A DNA stretch of 29,567 nucleotides from Thermoanaerobaculaceae bacterium (GCA_022865555.1 JALHTD010000463.1:1-29567); one strand, 5' to 3'; counted from the first letter of the stretch, positions 1-8,669 are shown. The notes: a model not told the origin generated them from the letters alone. A program made the numbers and translations.

Positions 1-2
1 GC

Positions 3-1178
3 TCGGAGCGGTTCGTCACCGACCTCACGCTCCCGCTGTGGGTACTGGTGCTGGGCGCTGCCGCGCTTTTCTCGAAGAAGAAAGGGGCTCGGGTGCTGGC
101 CGCTGCCGGCTGGACCCTGCTGGCTGCAAGCGTGGTAGCCGGGCTGCGTGGGCCGTACGTGGTGTGGGCGGTCCTCACCGGCGGGCTGGTGCGATACCCG
201 GGGAGGCTGGTGTTTGCGGCCGTGGTTGCCCTGGTGCCAGCGGCGGCGGCCTCGGTTGGCGAGCGCCGCCCGCCGGTCTGGAGCGGTGCAGCAGTGGCTC
301 TCCTGGCGCTGGGCGGTGGTGCGCTCGCGGGCGGGGGTGCGGTTGGGACGATCGTTCAGGGCCTCGCCGCGGGCGCCGCGTTCGCCGGCCCGGGCGCGCC
401 CGTCGCAGCGCTTCTCGGCAGCGCCGCGCTGCTGCCGGCCCACGCCAGCGTGCTCGCGTTCCGGCCAGCGGGTACCCAGAAAGCGGCGGCGTGCCTGGCG
501 GCTCAGAGGGACGGTGCGCCCCGGGTCTACGCGGTGCAGCCGTCCTGGAACCAACTGGGATGGGTCGCCGAGAACCGCGAGCGCGGCACGTCACTCGGCT
601 GGGGGTACACGGCGCTGCGCGACGGGCGCCGCACGGTTCGCACCTTCGCGCCGCTCCAGTCCGTGCGCCTGACCGAGCACCTGGACGAAGCGGACCGGGG
701 CCCCGTCGGGCGGTGGTGGCTGGACGCCCTGGGCGCTCGCCGGGTTGTGGCACAGCACCCGGTGCCGGGGATGGCGGCTCTCTGCGAGGAGGGCGGCCTC
801 ACCGTCTTCGACAACCCCCAGGCGTGGTCGGAGGTGGCGGTCGTGCGCACCATGCCGCGGCCGGGGGAGCGCCTCAAACCTCATGGGGAGGTGCTCGCCC
901 GCGAGGGCCGCGATGGCTCGCGGCGGTGGCGGGTTCGCGTCGATGCGGGCGGTGGGGTGCTGCTGTGGCTGGAGACTCCCGACGCGGGATGGCGCCTGCG
1001 CGTGGACGGCCGGCCTGCCGAGGCGGTGGCGGGCCCGGGAATCCTGCACGGCGTGGCCGTGCCGGCGGGAGACCACGAGGTGAGCGCGCGCTACCGCCCC
1101 CCCGGACTGGGCGGCGGGGCGGCGATTTCATTTGCGAGTCTGGTGGTTCTGGGGTGGGCGGCATGGCGACGCTGGTAA
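3..1178 (+). CDS. YfhO-family membrane protein (putative GT-C glycosyltransferase), C-terminal part; 5'-truncated by the window edge
   Basis: The frame is open from base 3 to TAA at 1176-1178. It has hydrophobic TM segments, then a soluble region, then a YfhO-type C-terminal signature 'WLETPDAGWRLRVDGRPAE...LHGVAVPAGDHEVSARYRPPG' and a last TM helix. Confidence 0.8.
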   Translation, partial: SERFVTDLTLPLWVLVLGAAALFSKKKGARVLAAAGWTLLAASVVAGLRGPYVVWAVLTGGLVRYPGRLVFAAVVALVPAAAASVGERRPPVWSGAAVALLALGGGALAGGGAVGTIVQGLAAGAAFAGPGAPVAALLGSAALLPAHASVLAFRPAGTQKAAACLAAQRDGAPRVYAVQPSWNQLGWVAENRERGTSLGWGYTALRDGRRTVRTFAPLQSVRLTEHLDEADRGPVGRWWLDALGARRVVAQHPVPGMAALCEEGGLTVFDNPQAWSEVAVVRTMPRPGERLKPHGEVLAREGRDGSRRWRVRVDAGGGVLLWLETPDAGWRLRVDGRPAEAVAGPGILHGVAVPAGDHEVSARYRPPGLGGGAAISFASLVVLGWAAWRRW

Positions 1179-3526
1179 CGGCCCTGTTCTTCGTGTCGGG
1201 CATGGTGGCGCTCGCCTTCGAGGTGGTCTGGGTGCGGGCCCTCGGGCTGGTGGTGGGGAACTCGTTGTGGGCCGCCGTGGCGGTGGTGGCGGCGTACATG
1301 GGCGGGATGGCGGTCGGCAGCGCTCTGGTGGCGCGCGTCATGCACCGCCTGCGGCGCCACCTGCGCCTCTACGGGGCGGCCGAGGCGGTGGCGGCCCTGG
1401 TGGCTCTCGTGACCGCGCCGGCGCTGCACGTCCTCCAGCGGCTGGCGGCCGGACTTGGTCCCGAGCCGCTCACCGGCTGGGGGCTGCCCCTGCTGGCGAG
1501 GTTCGCGCTCGCCTGGGCGTTCCTCGCGCTGCCGACGGTGGCCATGGGGGCCACGCTCCCGCTGCTGGTCGCTCGAGTGGGGCAGGAGAAGGCGCTGGCG
1601 TGGCGGGTCGGGCGCCTGTATGCCGCGAACACGCTCGGAGCGATGACCGGCGTGGTGCTGGCCGGCTTCGTTGCCCTTCCCGAACTGGGGGAGAGAGGCA
1701 CGCTCGCCGGCTTCGCGGCGCTCGGGCTAGTGGTCGCCGGCACGGCCTGGGTACTCGAGCCTCACCTGCCGGCAGTCGCGGTCGTCGCCGCGGACGGGCC
1801 ACGGGCGGGCCGGCGGTGGTGGCTGCTCTTCCCGGCGCTCTTCGGTTTCGTGGCGCTGGCCTGCGAGCTGGTATGGACCCGCGTCCTGCTCCTGCACCTG
1901 GGATCACGTGTCTACGCCTTTGCCCTGATCCTCGCGGTTTACCTGGGGGGGATCGCGATCGGTGCGGGGCTGGCGCGAGCGGCAGCGTCCTCGCCCCGCC
2001 GTGCGCTGGCAGCCTGCCAGGTTCTCCTGGGCGTGCTCCTGGCACTGCAGATCCCCCTGCTGGCGAGGTTCGGCGACGTTCTCGGTTGGATCGCCTACCA
2101 CGGGAGGCTCGCGAGCTTTGCCGAGCTGCAGCTCGGCCTCGCGCTCGCGGTGGCGGCGCTGATACTGTTGCCGGCCCTGGCGTTCGGGGCCAGCTTCCCG
2201 CTCGCGGTGGCGGCATACCCTTCGCGGGGGGCGGAGGCCTCGCGCACCGGTCTCGTGGCTGCGGCCAACACCGTGGGCGCCATCGCCGGCACGGTCCTGG
2301 GACCGCTCCTGCTCGTGCCTCTCGTGGGGACCCAAAACCTCATCCTGGGCCTCGGGGCGGCGAGCGCCCTCGCGGGGGTGATGCTCGCTCCCTCGCGCTC
2401 CCTGAGGGTAGCGGGGGCCGTGGTGGCGGCTGCGCTCGTGGTGGAGGCGGTGCTCGTGCCACGGGGGAGCGTGCTGCGCGGAGCGGCGGCCGTCGCGGAA
2501 GGGACGGTCGAGGAGCTGCGCGAAAGCACCTCGGCGACCGTGGTGGTGCGTCGGATCGCAGACGCGCGCGGGAGCTGGCGTTCGCTGGAGCTGAACGGTG
2601 TCAACGTCGCTGGGACGTCGCCGGAGTTGCGGGCGATCCAGCGGCTTCAGGGCCACCTCCCATTGCTCCTCCACGGCGGCCCCGAGAAAGTGCTGCACAT
2701 CGGCTTCGGATCCGGCGGGACCGCATGGGCGGTTGCGCAGCACCGGGTCGGACAGATCGTGGTGGCGGAGATCTCGCCGGAGGTCCTGGCGGTTTCCGAC
2801 AAGGTTTTCGGCGACGTCAACTTCGGCGTGCTGCACGACCCCCGGGTGCGGGTCCTGCTCAACGACGGCCGGAACGTGCTGCTGGCCACGCGGGAGAGGT
2901 TCGACGTGATCCTCTCCGACTCCATCCACCCCGTCTATGCCGGCAACTCGACCCTCTACACCCGCGAGTACTTCGAGCTCTGCCGCCGCCACCTGCGGCC
3001 GGGCGGGGTGGTTTCGATGTGGCTGCCGCTGTACTCCCTCACCGAGGAGTCGTACCTGGCGATCGTCCGGGCGTTTTGGGAGGTGTTTCCCTCCACCTGC
3101 ATCTGGTACGACCTGATGGTGCTGAACGAGTTCACGGTGGTGACCGGGTCCGTCGAGCCCGGCCCGGTAAGGCTGCGCTGGCAGTCGGTGAGCGATGCGG
3201 CGTTCGGGGGGACGCTGGCTGAGGCGGGGGTGCGGAGCCCCGAGAACCTGGCAACGATGCTGCTCCTGGGGCCCCGTGAAGTGGCTTCGCTGGTCAGCGA
3301 CGTACCCCCGCACATCGACGACTTTCCCGAGGTGGAGTACCGCTCCGGGCGTCTGCTGAACCGCGACGGCTCATGGCTCGCCAACCTCAGGATGCTCTAT
3401 GCCTGCCGCACCCGAAGCGATCCCTTCGCCACCTACCCAGGCGACTTCCGCGCGGCGGCGGGGGCGCGCGACGAGACGCTCAAGGCTCAGCTGCGGGAGC
3501 TGGCCGCGCGGGTCGCGCCCCGATAG
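1163..3526 (+). CDS. Fused MFS-like membrane domain / spermidine-synthase-like SAM-dependent transferase
   Basis: The ATG at 1163 overlaps the upstream stop. There are two repeated membrane halves ('SGMVALAFEVVWVRALGLVVG' and 'GFVALACELVWTRVLLLHLG'). The C-terminal Rossmann domain has 'VLHIGFGSGGTA', 'AEISPEV', 'NDGRNVL' and 'FDVILSDSIHP'. The ORF-track extension back to 38 is GC-rich junk. Confidence 0.88.
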   Translation: MATLVTALFFVSGMVALAFEVVWVRALGLVVGNSLWAAVAVVAAYMGGMAVGSALVARVMHRLRRHLRLYGAAEAVAALVALVTAPALHVLQRLAAGLGPEPLTGWGLPLLARFALAWAFLALPTVAMGATLPLLVARVGQEKALAWRVGRLYAANTLGAMTGVVLAGFVALPELGERGTLAGFAALGLVVAGTAWVLEPHLPAVAVVAADGPRAGRRWWLLFPALFGFVALACELVWTRVLLLHLGSRVYAFALILAVYLGGIAIGAGLARAAASSPRRALAACQVLLGVLLALQIPLLARFGDVLGWIAYHGRLASFAELQLGLALAVAALILLPALAFGASFPLAVAAYPSRGAEASRTGLVAAANTVGAIAGTVLGPLLLVPLVGTQNLILGLGAASALAGVMLAPSRSLRVAGAVVAAALVVEAVLVPRGSVLRGAAAVAEGTVEELRESTSATVVVRRIADARGSWRSLELNGVNVAGTSPELRAIQRLQGHLPLLLHGGPEKVLHIGFGSGGTAWAVAQHRVGQIVVAEISPEVLAVSDKVFGDVNFGVLHDPRVRVLLNDGRNVLLATRERFDVILSDSIHPVYAGNSTLYTREYFELCRRHLRPGGVVSMWLPLYSLTEESYLAIVRAFWEVFPSTCIWYDLMVLNEFTVVTGSVEPGPVRLRWQSVSDAAFGGTLAEAGVRSPENLATMLLLGPREVASLVSDVPPHIDDFPEVEYRSGRLLNRDGSWLANLRMLYACRTRSDPFATYPGDFRAAAGARDETLKAQLRELAARVAPR

Positions 3527-4566
3527 ATGGACGTCAGCTCGCGGGCGGTGCGCTCCCAGGTGAAGGTGTGGGCGCGGGCAAGCCCCGCCCCGACGGTTTC
3601 GCTGCGACGTCCGGGCTTGGCGAGGAGGGCGAGGACCGCCTCGCGCCAGGCGCCCGGATCGTCGGGGTCGAGGAGCACCGCCGCCTCGCCGCACACCTCC
3701 GGCAGCGCACCGGCGCGGGCGGCCAGCACCGGGCACCCGCAGGCCATGGCCTCGAGCGCGGGCAAACCAAACCCCTCGTTGCGGGACGGGAGCAGCAGTG
3801 CGAAGGCCCGCTGGTAGAGCTCCGCCAGCGCTCGATCGTCCGGGTTCGCCACGCGCCGCACGCGCCCCCGCAGGGCCGGGTCCGCGAGGCGGCGATCGGC
3901 GGCAGCCGCTCCCGCGACCACCAACGGCGGCAGCCTCTCGGCCTCCGGCGAGGCCAGCAGGGCGACGACGAGCTCGAGGTTCTTGTGTGGGTCGGAGCCC
4001 CCGACGAAGAGCAGGTGCTCAGGCGGCGTGGGCGTTGGAGAGGGGAGGAACTCGCTGCCGACGCCGAGGTGCGCGACGAATACCCTCTCCGGTGCAAGTC
4101 GCACGGTGGCGAGCAGCTCGGCCTTCGCGTGGTGGGAGATCGCATGCACAGCGGTCGCTCGTGCGAGGGACCGGATCGCCTGCCGCGCCCTGTGGCGGCG
4201 CCAGGGTTCCGGCGGTGATGGGAAGCGGAAAGGCGTGGCGTCGTAGAAGGTGGCGACGACCGGCACCGGGAGGCGGGCCGGTACGGTCCACGTCGGGAGG
4301 TGGAGCACGTCCACCGGTATGCGGCCGAGCGTCATCCGCCACGCGGGGCCGTCGAACAGAAAAGCTCCCCTGCGCGGGCGGTGCAGTGCGACGATCCGTG
4401 CGGCGAGCGGGTACCATGGTTGAGGTACAGGAGCTCCGTGGGGAACGAACAGCACGACCTCGCCCGGCAGCAGCCGCAGCAGCTCCTCGGCGAGGGAACG
4501 CGTCACGCGGCCGAACCCGCGGTTGGGGTCGAGAAACGCCGCCCGGGCATCGAGGCCGATCCGCAT
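3487..4566 (-). CDS. Glycosyltransferase family 4 (MtfB/WbaZ-like)
   Basis: Starts 'MRIGLDARAAF' with AGGAGG 8 nt upstream. Motifs: 'TFYDATP', 'LFVGGSDPHKNL' and the GT4 signature 'EGFGLPALEAMACG'. Confidence 0.92.
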   Translation of the reverse strand: MRIGLDARAAFLDPNRGFGRVTRSLAEELLRLLPGEVVLFVPHGAPVPQPWYPLAARIVALHRPRRGAFLFDGPAWRMTLGRIPVDVLHLPTWTVPARLPVPVVATFYDATPFRFPSPPEPWRRHRARQAIRSLARATAVHAISHHAKAELLATVRLAPERVFVAHLGVGSEFLPSPTPTPPEHLLFVGGSDPHKNLELVVALLASPEAERLPPLVVAGAAAADRRLADPALRGRVRRVANPDDRALAELYQRAFALLLPSRNEGFGLPALEAMACGCPVLAARAGALPEVCGEAAVLLDPDDPGAWREAVLALLAKPGRRSETVGAGLARAHTFTWERTARELTSIYRGATRAASSRS

Positions 4567-4630
4567 ACCGAAACCCTCCTCATAGCCGCGCTCTGACAAG
4601 CTTCAGCCGCTGCTCGACGTGCGCTCCGCT

Positions 4631-4640
4631 TAGAATAGTA
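4631..4640. promoter_or_regulatory. Possible overlapping divergent -10 elements (TAGAAT on +, TACTAT on -)
   Basis: AT-rich patch 'TTAGAATAGTA' in the intergenic gap between the divergent GT4 and GT2. No convincing -35 on the + strand. Confidence 0.35.
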
Positions 4641-4747
4641 CGAGTGAGAACTGGCATCCCAAATTCAACCGTCGCGACCCCGGGCAGGCACTCCCCCGCG
4701 TGGGCGAGATGCCGGCAGGGGCGGTGAGCGTGGAGGCGCAGGCGACA

Positions 4748-5584
4748 ATGTCGGACGTCGTGCCCTCCTTTTCAATTGCAACGCCCTCTCTGGACCAGTT
4801 TGAGTACCTGCGCGTGTGCGTGGCAAGCATCGAGGCGCAGGGTTACCCTCGGGTGGATCAGATCGTGATCGACGGCGGCTCCAGCGATGGCACGCGGGAG
4901 TTTCTTGCCGGCAGCGTCGGTGTGGTGTCCTACTGGCAGTGCAAGCCGGACCGCGGCCAGAGCCACGCACTTAACATCGCTTTGCATCACGCCACCGGTG
5001 ACTGGGTCGGCTGGCAAAACGCCGACGATTTCTACCTCCCGGGGGCCTTCTGGCGGGTTGCACAGCTGATCATGGACCATCCCCAGGCCGACGTGGTGGT
5101 GGGTGACACCATCCTCGTCGACGTCCGCGGCATGGCGTTGGGGGCAATCGGGGTGTGCCCCGTGCCCGCGTCGCGCTGGTTGGAGGGGTTCTGGCCATAC
5201 AACCAGTCGGTTTTCTTCCGACGATCGTTGCTGGAGCAGGCAGGTCCGGTCGACGAGTCCCTCCATCTCCACATGGACACTGACCTTTTGGCCCGGGTGG
5301 CGCAGTTGGGCCCGCGCGTGGTCTACCTTGAGGCGCCCCTGGGCGCTCACCGCAAGCACGCCGCGGCAAAGACAATCGAGGGAGCCACCGGTCGCGCGAG
5401 CCAGCGCGAGCGTGAGCTCTTGGAGCGACGCTACGGGCGCAAGCTCTGGCCCGAGGGGCGGGCGGCCCGCCTCCGGCATCGCCTTCGCTGGCATCTCATC
5501 CGTATGCGTGCATTCGGCCCGGCAAGTGTCGTCAACAGGCTGGCCCAAAGAGCCGCGCGCTCTGCTAGGGTCGTGGTCGTGTGA
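4748..5584 (+). CDS. Glycosyltransferase family 2 (WcaE/WfgS-like)
   Basis: Motifs 'SIATPSLDQ', 'IDGGSSDGT', 'DRGQSHALN', 'GWQNADD', 'MDTDL' and 'KHAAAKT'. The start at 4748 is preferred; 4700 is an alternative. Confidence 0.9.
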   Translation: MSDVVPSFSIATPSLDQFEYLRVCVASIEAQGYPRVDQIVIDGGSSDGTREFLAGSVGVVSYWQCKPDRGQSHALNIALHHATGDWVGWQNADDFYLPGAFWRVAQLIMDHPQADVVVGDTILVDVRGMALGAIGVCPVPASRWLEGFWPYNQSVFFRRSLLEQAGPVDESLHLHMDTDLLARVAQLGPRVVYLEAPLGAHRKHAAAKTIEGATGRASQRERELLERRYGRKLWPEGRAARLRHRLRWHLIRMRAFGPASVVNRLAQRAARSARVVVV

Positions 5585-5594
5585 GCATAACCTT

Positions 5595-5629
5595 GGCTGG
5601 GGTGCATGGCCGCGCGATCGCACCCTGCC
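5595..5629 (+). other. Intergenic GC-rich hairpin (GGC-T-GGGGTGC ... GCACCCTGCC)
   Basis: Inverted repeat of about 10 bp between the GT2 and GT4 genes. There is no U-tract, so it is not a classic intrinsic terminator. Confidence 0.3.
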
Positions 5630-5659
5630 GACTGCTGCTGATCGCCTCGCCGTAGGGAG

Positions 5660-6718
5660 ATGGGTTTGAACGGTGTGCTTCGCGTCGGCGTAGATGGCAA
5701 GCCGCTACTGCCCCCTCGGGCCGGCGTCGCTCGCTACCTCGAGGGGTTGCTCGCCGGCTGCGCGGCGGTGTCGCACCCCGAGGTTGAACTCGACGTCGTG
5801 ATGCCGGGCGGACCCCGGCGGACGCTGCCCTGGGTGCTCTGGAACCTGCAGCGCGCGTCCGCGCGCGGCTACTCGGTCTTCCACTTCCCCTTCTATTACA
5901 CGCCGCTCGCCCCGCGCTGCCCGGTCACCGTCGCGATCCACGACGTGCTGGTGCTCGAACACCCCGAGTGGTTCCCACGGCCCGTCGCCAACCCCCTCCG
6001 CTACCTGCTCCCGCGGGGGGCACGCCTTGCAGCGGCGGTGGTCACCGGCTCGCGCTGCGTGGCGGACGCGATCGCCGAGCGCTGCGGGATCCCCCGCGAG
6101 CGCGTTCGCCTTACCGGCTACGGCGTGGACCGTGCACGGTTCGCGCCTCCAACCGCGGAGCGGCTCGCGGAGGCGCGCGTGCGCCTCGCGCTCTCCAGGC
6201 CTTACCTGCTCCAGCTCGGGGCACTGGAGCCGCGGCGCGGCGTGGACCTGGCGCTCGCCGCCGTCGCCTCGTTGCGGGAGTGCGACCCGGACCTCGAGCT
6301 CGTGCTGGTTGGAACGCCGCGGGCGCATGTGCCGGCGCTCGAGCAGCCACCCCCCTGGGTGCGGCTCCTCGGGTGGGTGGAGGACTCCGACCTGCCCGCA
6401 ATCTACGCCGGAGCAGCGGTTGTACTCGCGCCCTCTCGCGGCGAGGGGTTCGACCTGCCGCTGCTTGAAGCTCTGTCGTGCGGCGCCGTAGTGGTTGCGT
6501 CCGACATCCCGGTGCACCGCGAGCACTTCGCCCCGGCGGTGGAGCTCTTCGCCAGTGGCGACGCCGAGGCGCTCGTGGAGGCGGCCGCCAGGGTACTTGG
6601 AGACTCGGAGCGAGCAGCGAGGCTGCGCACGGCGGGCCGCGCGCTCGCGGCGGGGTTCAAATGGGAAGATGTGGCGCGCCGCCACCTCGACCTCTGGCTG
6701 GAGGTGGGGCGAGGATGA
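5660..6718 (+). CDS. Glycosyltransferase family 4 (MtfB-like)
   Basis: Motifs 'LRVGVDGKPL', 'GVARY', 'VAIHDVLVLEHPEWF' and 'EGFDLPLLEALSCG'. RBS GGGAG immediately upstream. Confidence 0.92.
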   Translation: MGLNGVLRVGVDGKPLLPPRAGVARYLEGLLAGCAAVSHPEVELDVVMPGGPRRTLPWVLWNLQRASARGYSVFHFPFYYTPLAPRCPVTVAIHDVLVLEHPEWFPRPVANPLRYLLPRGARLAAAVVTGSRCVADAIAERCGIPRERVRLTGYGVDRARFAPPTAERLAEARVRLALSRPYLLQLGALEPRRGVDLALAAVASLRECDPDLELVLVGTPRAHVPALEQPPPWVRLLGWVEDSDLPAIYAGAAVVLAPSRGEGFDLPLLEALSCGAVVVASDIPVHREHFAPAVELFASGDAEALVEAAARVLGDSERAARLRTAGRALAAGFKWEDVARRHLDLWLEVGRG

Positions 6719-7659
6719 GGGCCGGGGCCGTGGTCGTCAACTTCAACGGAGGCGCGGACCTGCCCGCCTGCCTCGCGGCGTTGAAGGCCCAGACGGTGCC
6801 GGTGGACGTCGTGCTGGTGGACTGCGCCTCGACCGATGGAACGCGCGCCCTCGCCGAGCAGCCGCCGCCCGGGGTGCGTGGCCTGCCGCTTCCCGAAAAC
6901 GTCGGGTACGCAGGCGGGTGCGCGGCGGGCCTCTCGCTCCTCGACGCCTCGGTCGAGGTGATCGGTTTCTTCAACCCCGACTGCTACCCCGCGGCCGACT
7001 ACTTCGCGGCCTGCGAGGAGCTCTTCTCGCGGGAGTCGGATGTGGGAGGGGTGGCCGGCAGGCTGCTGCGCCCGGGCGGAGCCACGCTGGATTCCTGCGG
7101 CCAGGTGCTCACGCCGTTCCTGCTGCGGGTCCGCGACCGCGGCTACGGCGCGCCCGCTTCGGGAGCCTTCGAGACCCGAAACCGCGTGCTGGCGGCCTGC
7201 GGCGCGGGGATGGTCTACCGGCGTGCCGCGCTGGCGGCAGCCGCGGTCGAGGGCGAGGTGTTCCCGGCCGACTTCTTCGCCTTCTGGGAGGACCTCGACC
7301 TCGGCTGGCGGGTGAGCAACGCGGGGTGGCACGTGATCTACGAGCCGCGGGCGGTCGCCACCCACCGCCGCGGCGCAACCGCCGCACCGGGCGCGGGAAG
7401 GTTGATCTTTCGTCGCCCCACGACACTTGCCGCCGGCATGCTCGCCAACCGCTGGGCCACCCTGCTGCGCAACCTGCACCCGGTTGATTTCCTCCTGCGC
7501 TTGCCCGTACTTTTGCCTGGAGAGGTGCTGATGCTGAGCGTGCTCGTGCTGCGCCGACCGGGGCTGCTACCTGCGCTGCGGGCGGCTTTGCCTCGCGTGC
7601 GAAGGGCGGCGCGTCAACGTCGTCTGCTCCCCCGCCGCCGACTCGGGGAGCTGCTGTGA
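6715..7659 (+). CDS. Glycosyltransferase family 2 (WbbL/GlfT1-like subgroup)
   Basis: ATGA overlap with the upstream gene. Motifs 'VVNFN', 'VDCASTDGT', 'NVGYAGG', 'NPD', 'FWEDLDLGWR' and 'YEPRAVATH'. Confidence 0.9.
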   Translation: MRAGAVVVNFNGGADLPACLAALKAQTVPVDVVLVDCASTDGTRALAEQPPPGVRGLPLPENVGYAGGCAAGLSLLDASVEVIGFFNPDCYPAADYFAACEELFSRESDVGGVAGRLLRPGGATLDSCGQVLTPFLLRVRDRGYGAPASGAFETRNRVLAACGAGMVYRRAALAAAAVEGEVFPADFFAFWEDLDLGWRVSNAGWHVIYEPRAVATHRRGATAAPGAGRLIFRRPTTLAAGMLANRWATLLRNLHPVDFLLRLPVLLPGEVLMLSVLVLRRPGLLPALRAALPRVRRAARQRRLLPRRRLGELL

Positions 7660-8669
7660 GCGTGATGCTCATCCCACTGGCGTTCGTGCTGGCGCTCCTG
7701 CTCGGGCTCTACTTCACACCGCTGGCGCGCGAGGCGGCGCTGCGCTTCGGGATCGTGGACCGTCCCGACGGCCGGCTCAAGCAGCAGACAACACCGGTGC
7801 CGTACCTTGGGGGCCTCGCGGTCTTCCTGGCCTACTTGGTGGCCCTCGGCATGGTGTTCGCGTTCGACACCCTGCTGCTCGGCCTGCTTCTGGCTGGCAC
7901 CCTCACGCTGCTCGTCGGGCTGGTGGACGATTTCGGCGTGTTGACCCCGGCCGCAAAGCTCGCCGGGCAGGCGGTGGCTGTGTTAGTGCTGCTGCGCAGC
8001 GGCGCGGTCATCGAGTTGACCGAGGTGCCCCAGGGGTTGCGCTGGCCGCTCGCTGCCCTGTGGCTGTTCGCAGTCTGCAACGCCTTCAACCTGCTGGACA
8101 TCATGGACGGGCTCGCGGCCGGAGTCGGGACCGTCGCTGCCCTCGCGTTCGGGGTGGTGGCGCTCGCCACGGGGGAGTACCCCGAGGCTGCGGCCAGCTT
8201 CGCGCTGGCCGGAGCGCTTGTGGGGTTCCTGGTCTTCAACTTCCAGCCGGCCCGTATCTACCTCGGGGACGCCGGCTCGCTGGCGATCGGGATCACGCTC
8301 GGCGCGCTGGCCCTTGCGATCCGCTGGAGCGAGAGGAGCGCGGCGGGGTTCCTCGCGCCTCTCGCCATCCTGGCCGTGCCCCTGGCCGACACTGCCTACG
8401 TGAGCGTGCTGCGCGCCCGCGCCGGCAGGCCGTTCTGGCACGGCAGCCAGGACCACTTTCCACTGCGCCTGCACCGCCTGCTGGACGGTAGCGTGCGCAG
8501 GACCGTGACCGCAGTCCTCGGCGTGGCCGTCGTGGGCGCGATGGTGGGCGTGGGGACCGCGACGCTCTGGGCGTGGGAGGTGGGGGTGTGGGCCCTCGGT
8601 GTCTACGGGCTCGGGTTCGTGGTCCTGCTGATCGTGCTGGTGCGGGTGCGGATGGAGGCGCCGCGGTGA
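7656..8669 (+). CDS. WecA/TagO/MraY-family polyprenyl-phosphate sugar-1-phosphate transferase
   Basis: GTGA overlap and about 10 TM segments. Motifs 'VDRPDGRLKQQ..PVPYLGGLA', 'GLVDD', 'NAFNLLDIMDGLA' and 'FNFQPARIYLGDAGS'. Confidence 0.9.
   Translation: MSVMLIPLAFVLALLLGLYFTPLAREAALRFGIVDRPDGRLKQQTTPVPYLGGLAVFLAYLVALGMVFAFDTLLLGLLLAGTLTLLVGLVDDFGVLTPAAKLAGQAVAVLVLLRSGAVIELTEVPQGLRWPLAALWLFAVCNAFNLLDIMDGLAAGVGTVAALAFGVVALATGEYPEAAASFALAGALVGFLVFNFQPARIYLGDAGSLAIGITLGALALAIRWSERSAAGFLAPLAILAVPLADTAYVSVLRARAGRPFWHGSQDHFPLRLHRLLDGSVRRTVTAVLGVAVVGAMVGVGTATLWAWEVGVWALGVYGLGFVVLLIVLVRVRMEAPR

Noticed and set aside
1097-1951. C7 (1097-1103) and G7 (1945-1951) homopolymers as contingency loci
   Set aside because: They are short, both genes are in frame, and such runs are common at this GC content.
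4652-4667. Sigma-54 promoter candidate TGGCATCCCAAATTCA
   Set aside because: The -24 GG is present, but the -12 position reads TC rather than the required GC.
3487-5660. Invertible (phase-variable) segment explaining the reversed GT4
   Set aside because: I found no flanking inverted repeats of meaningful length, and no recombinase is encoded in the window.
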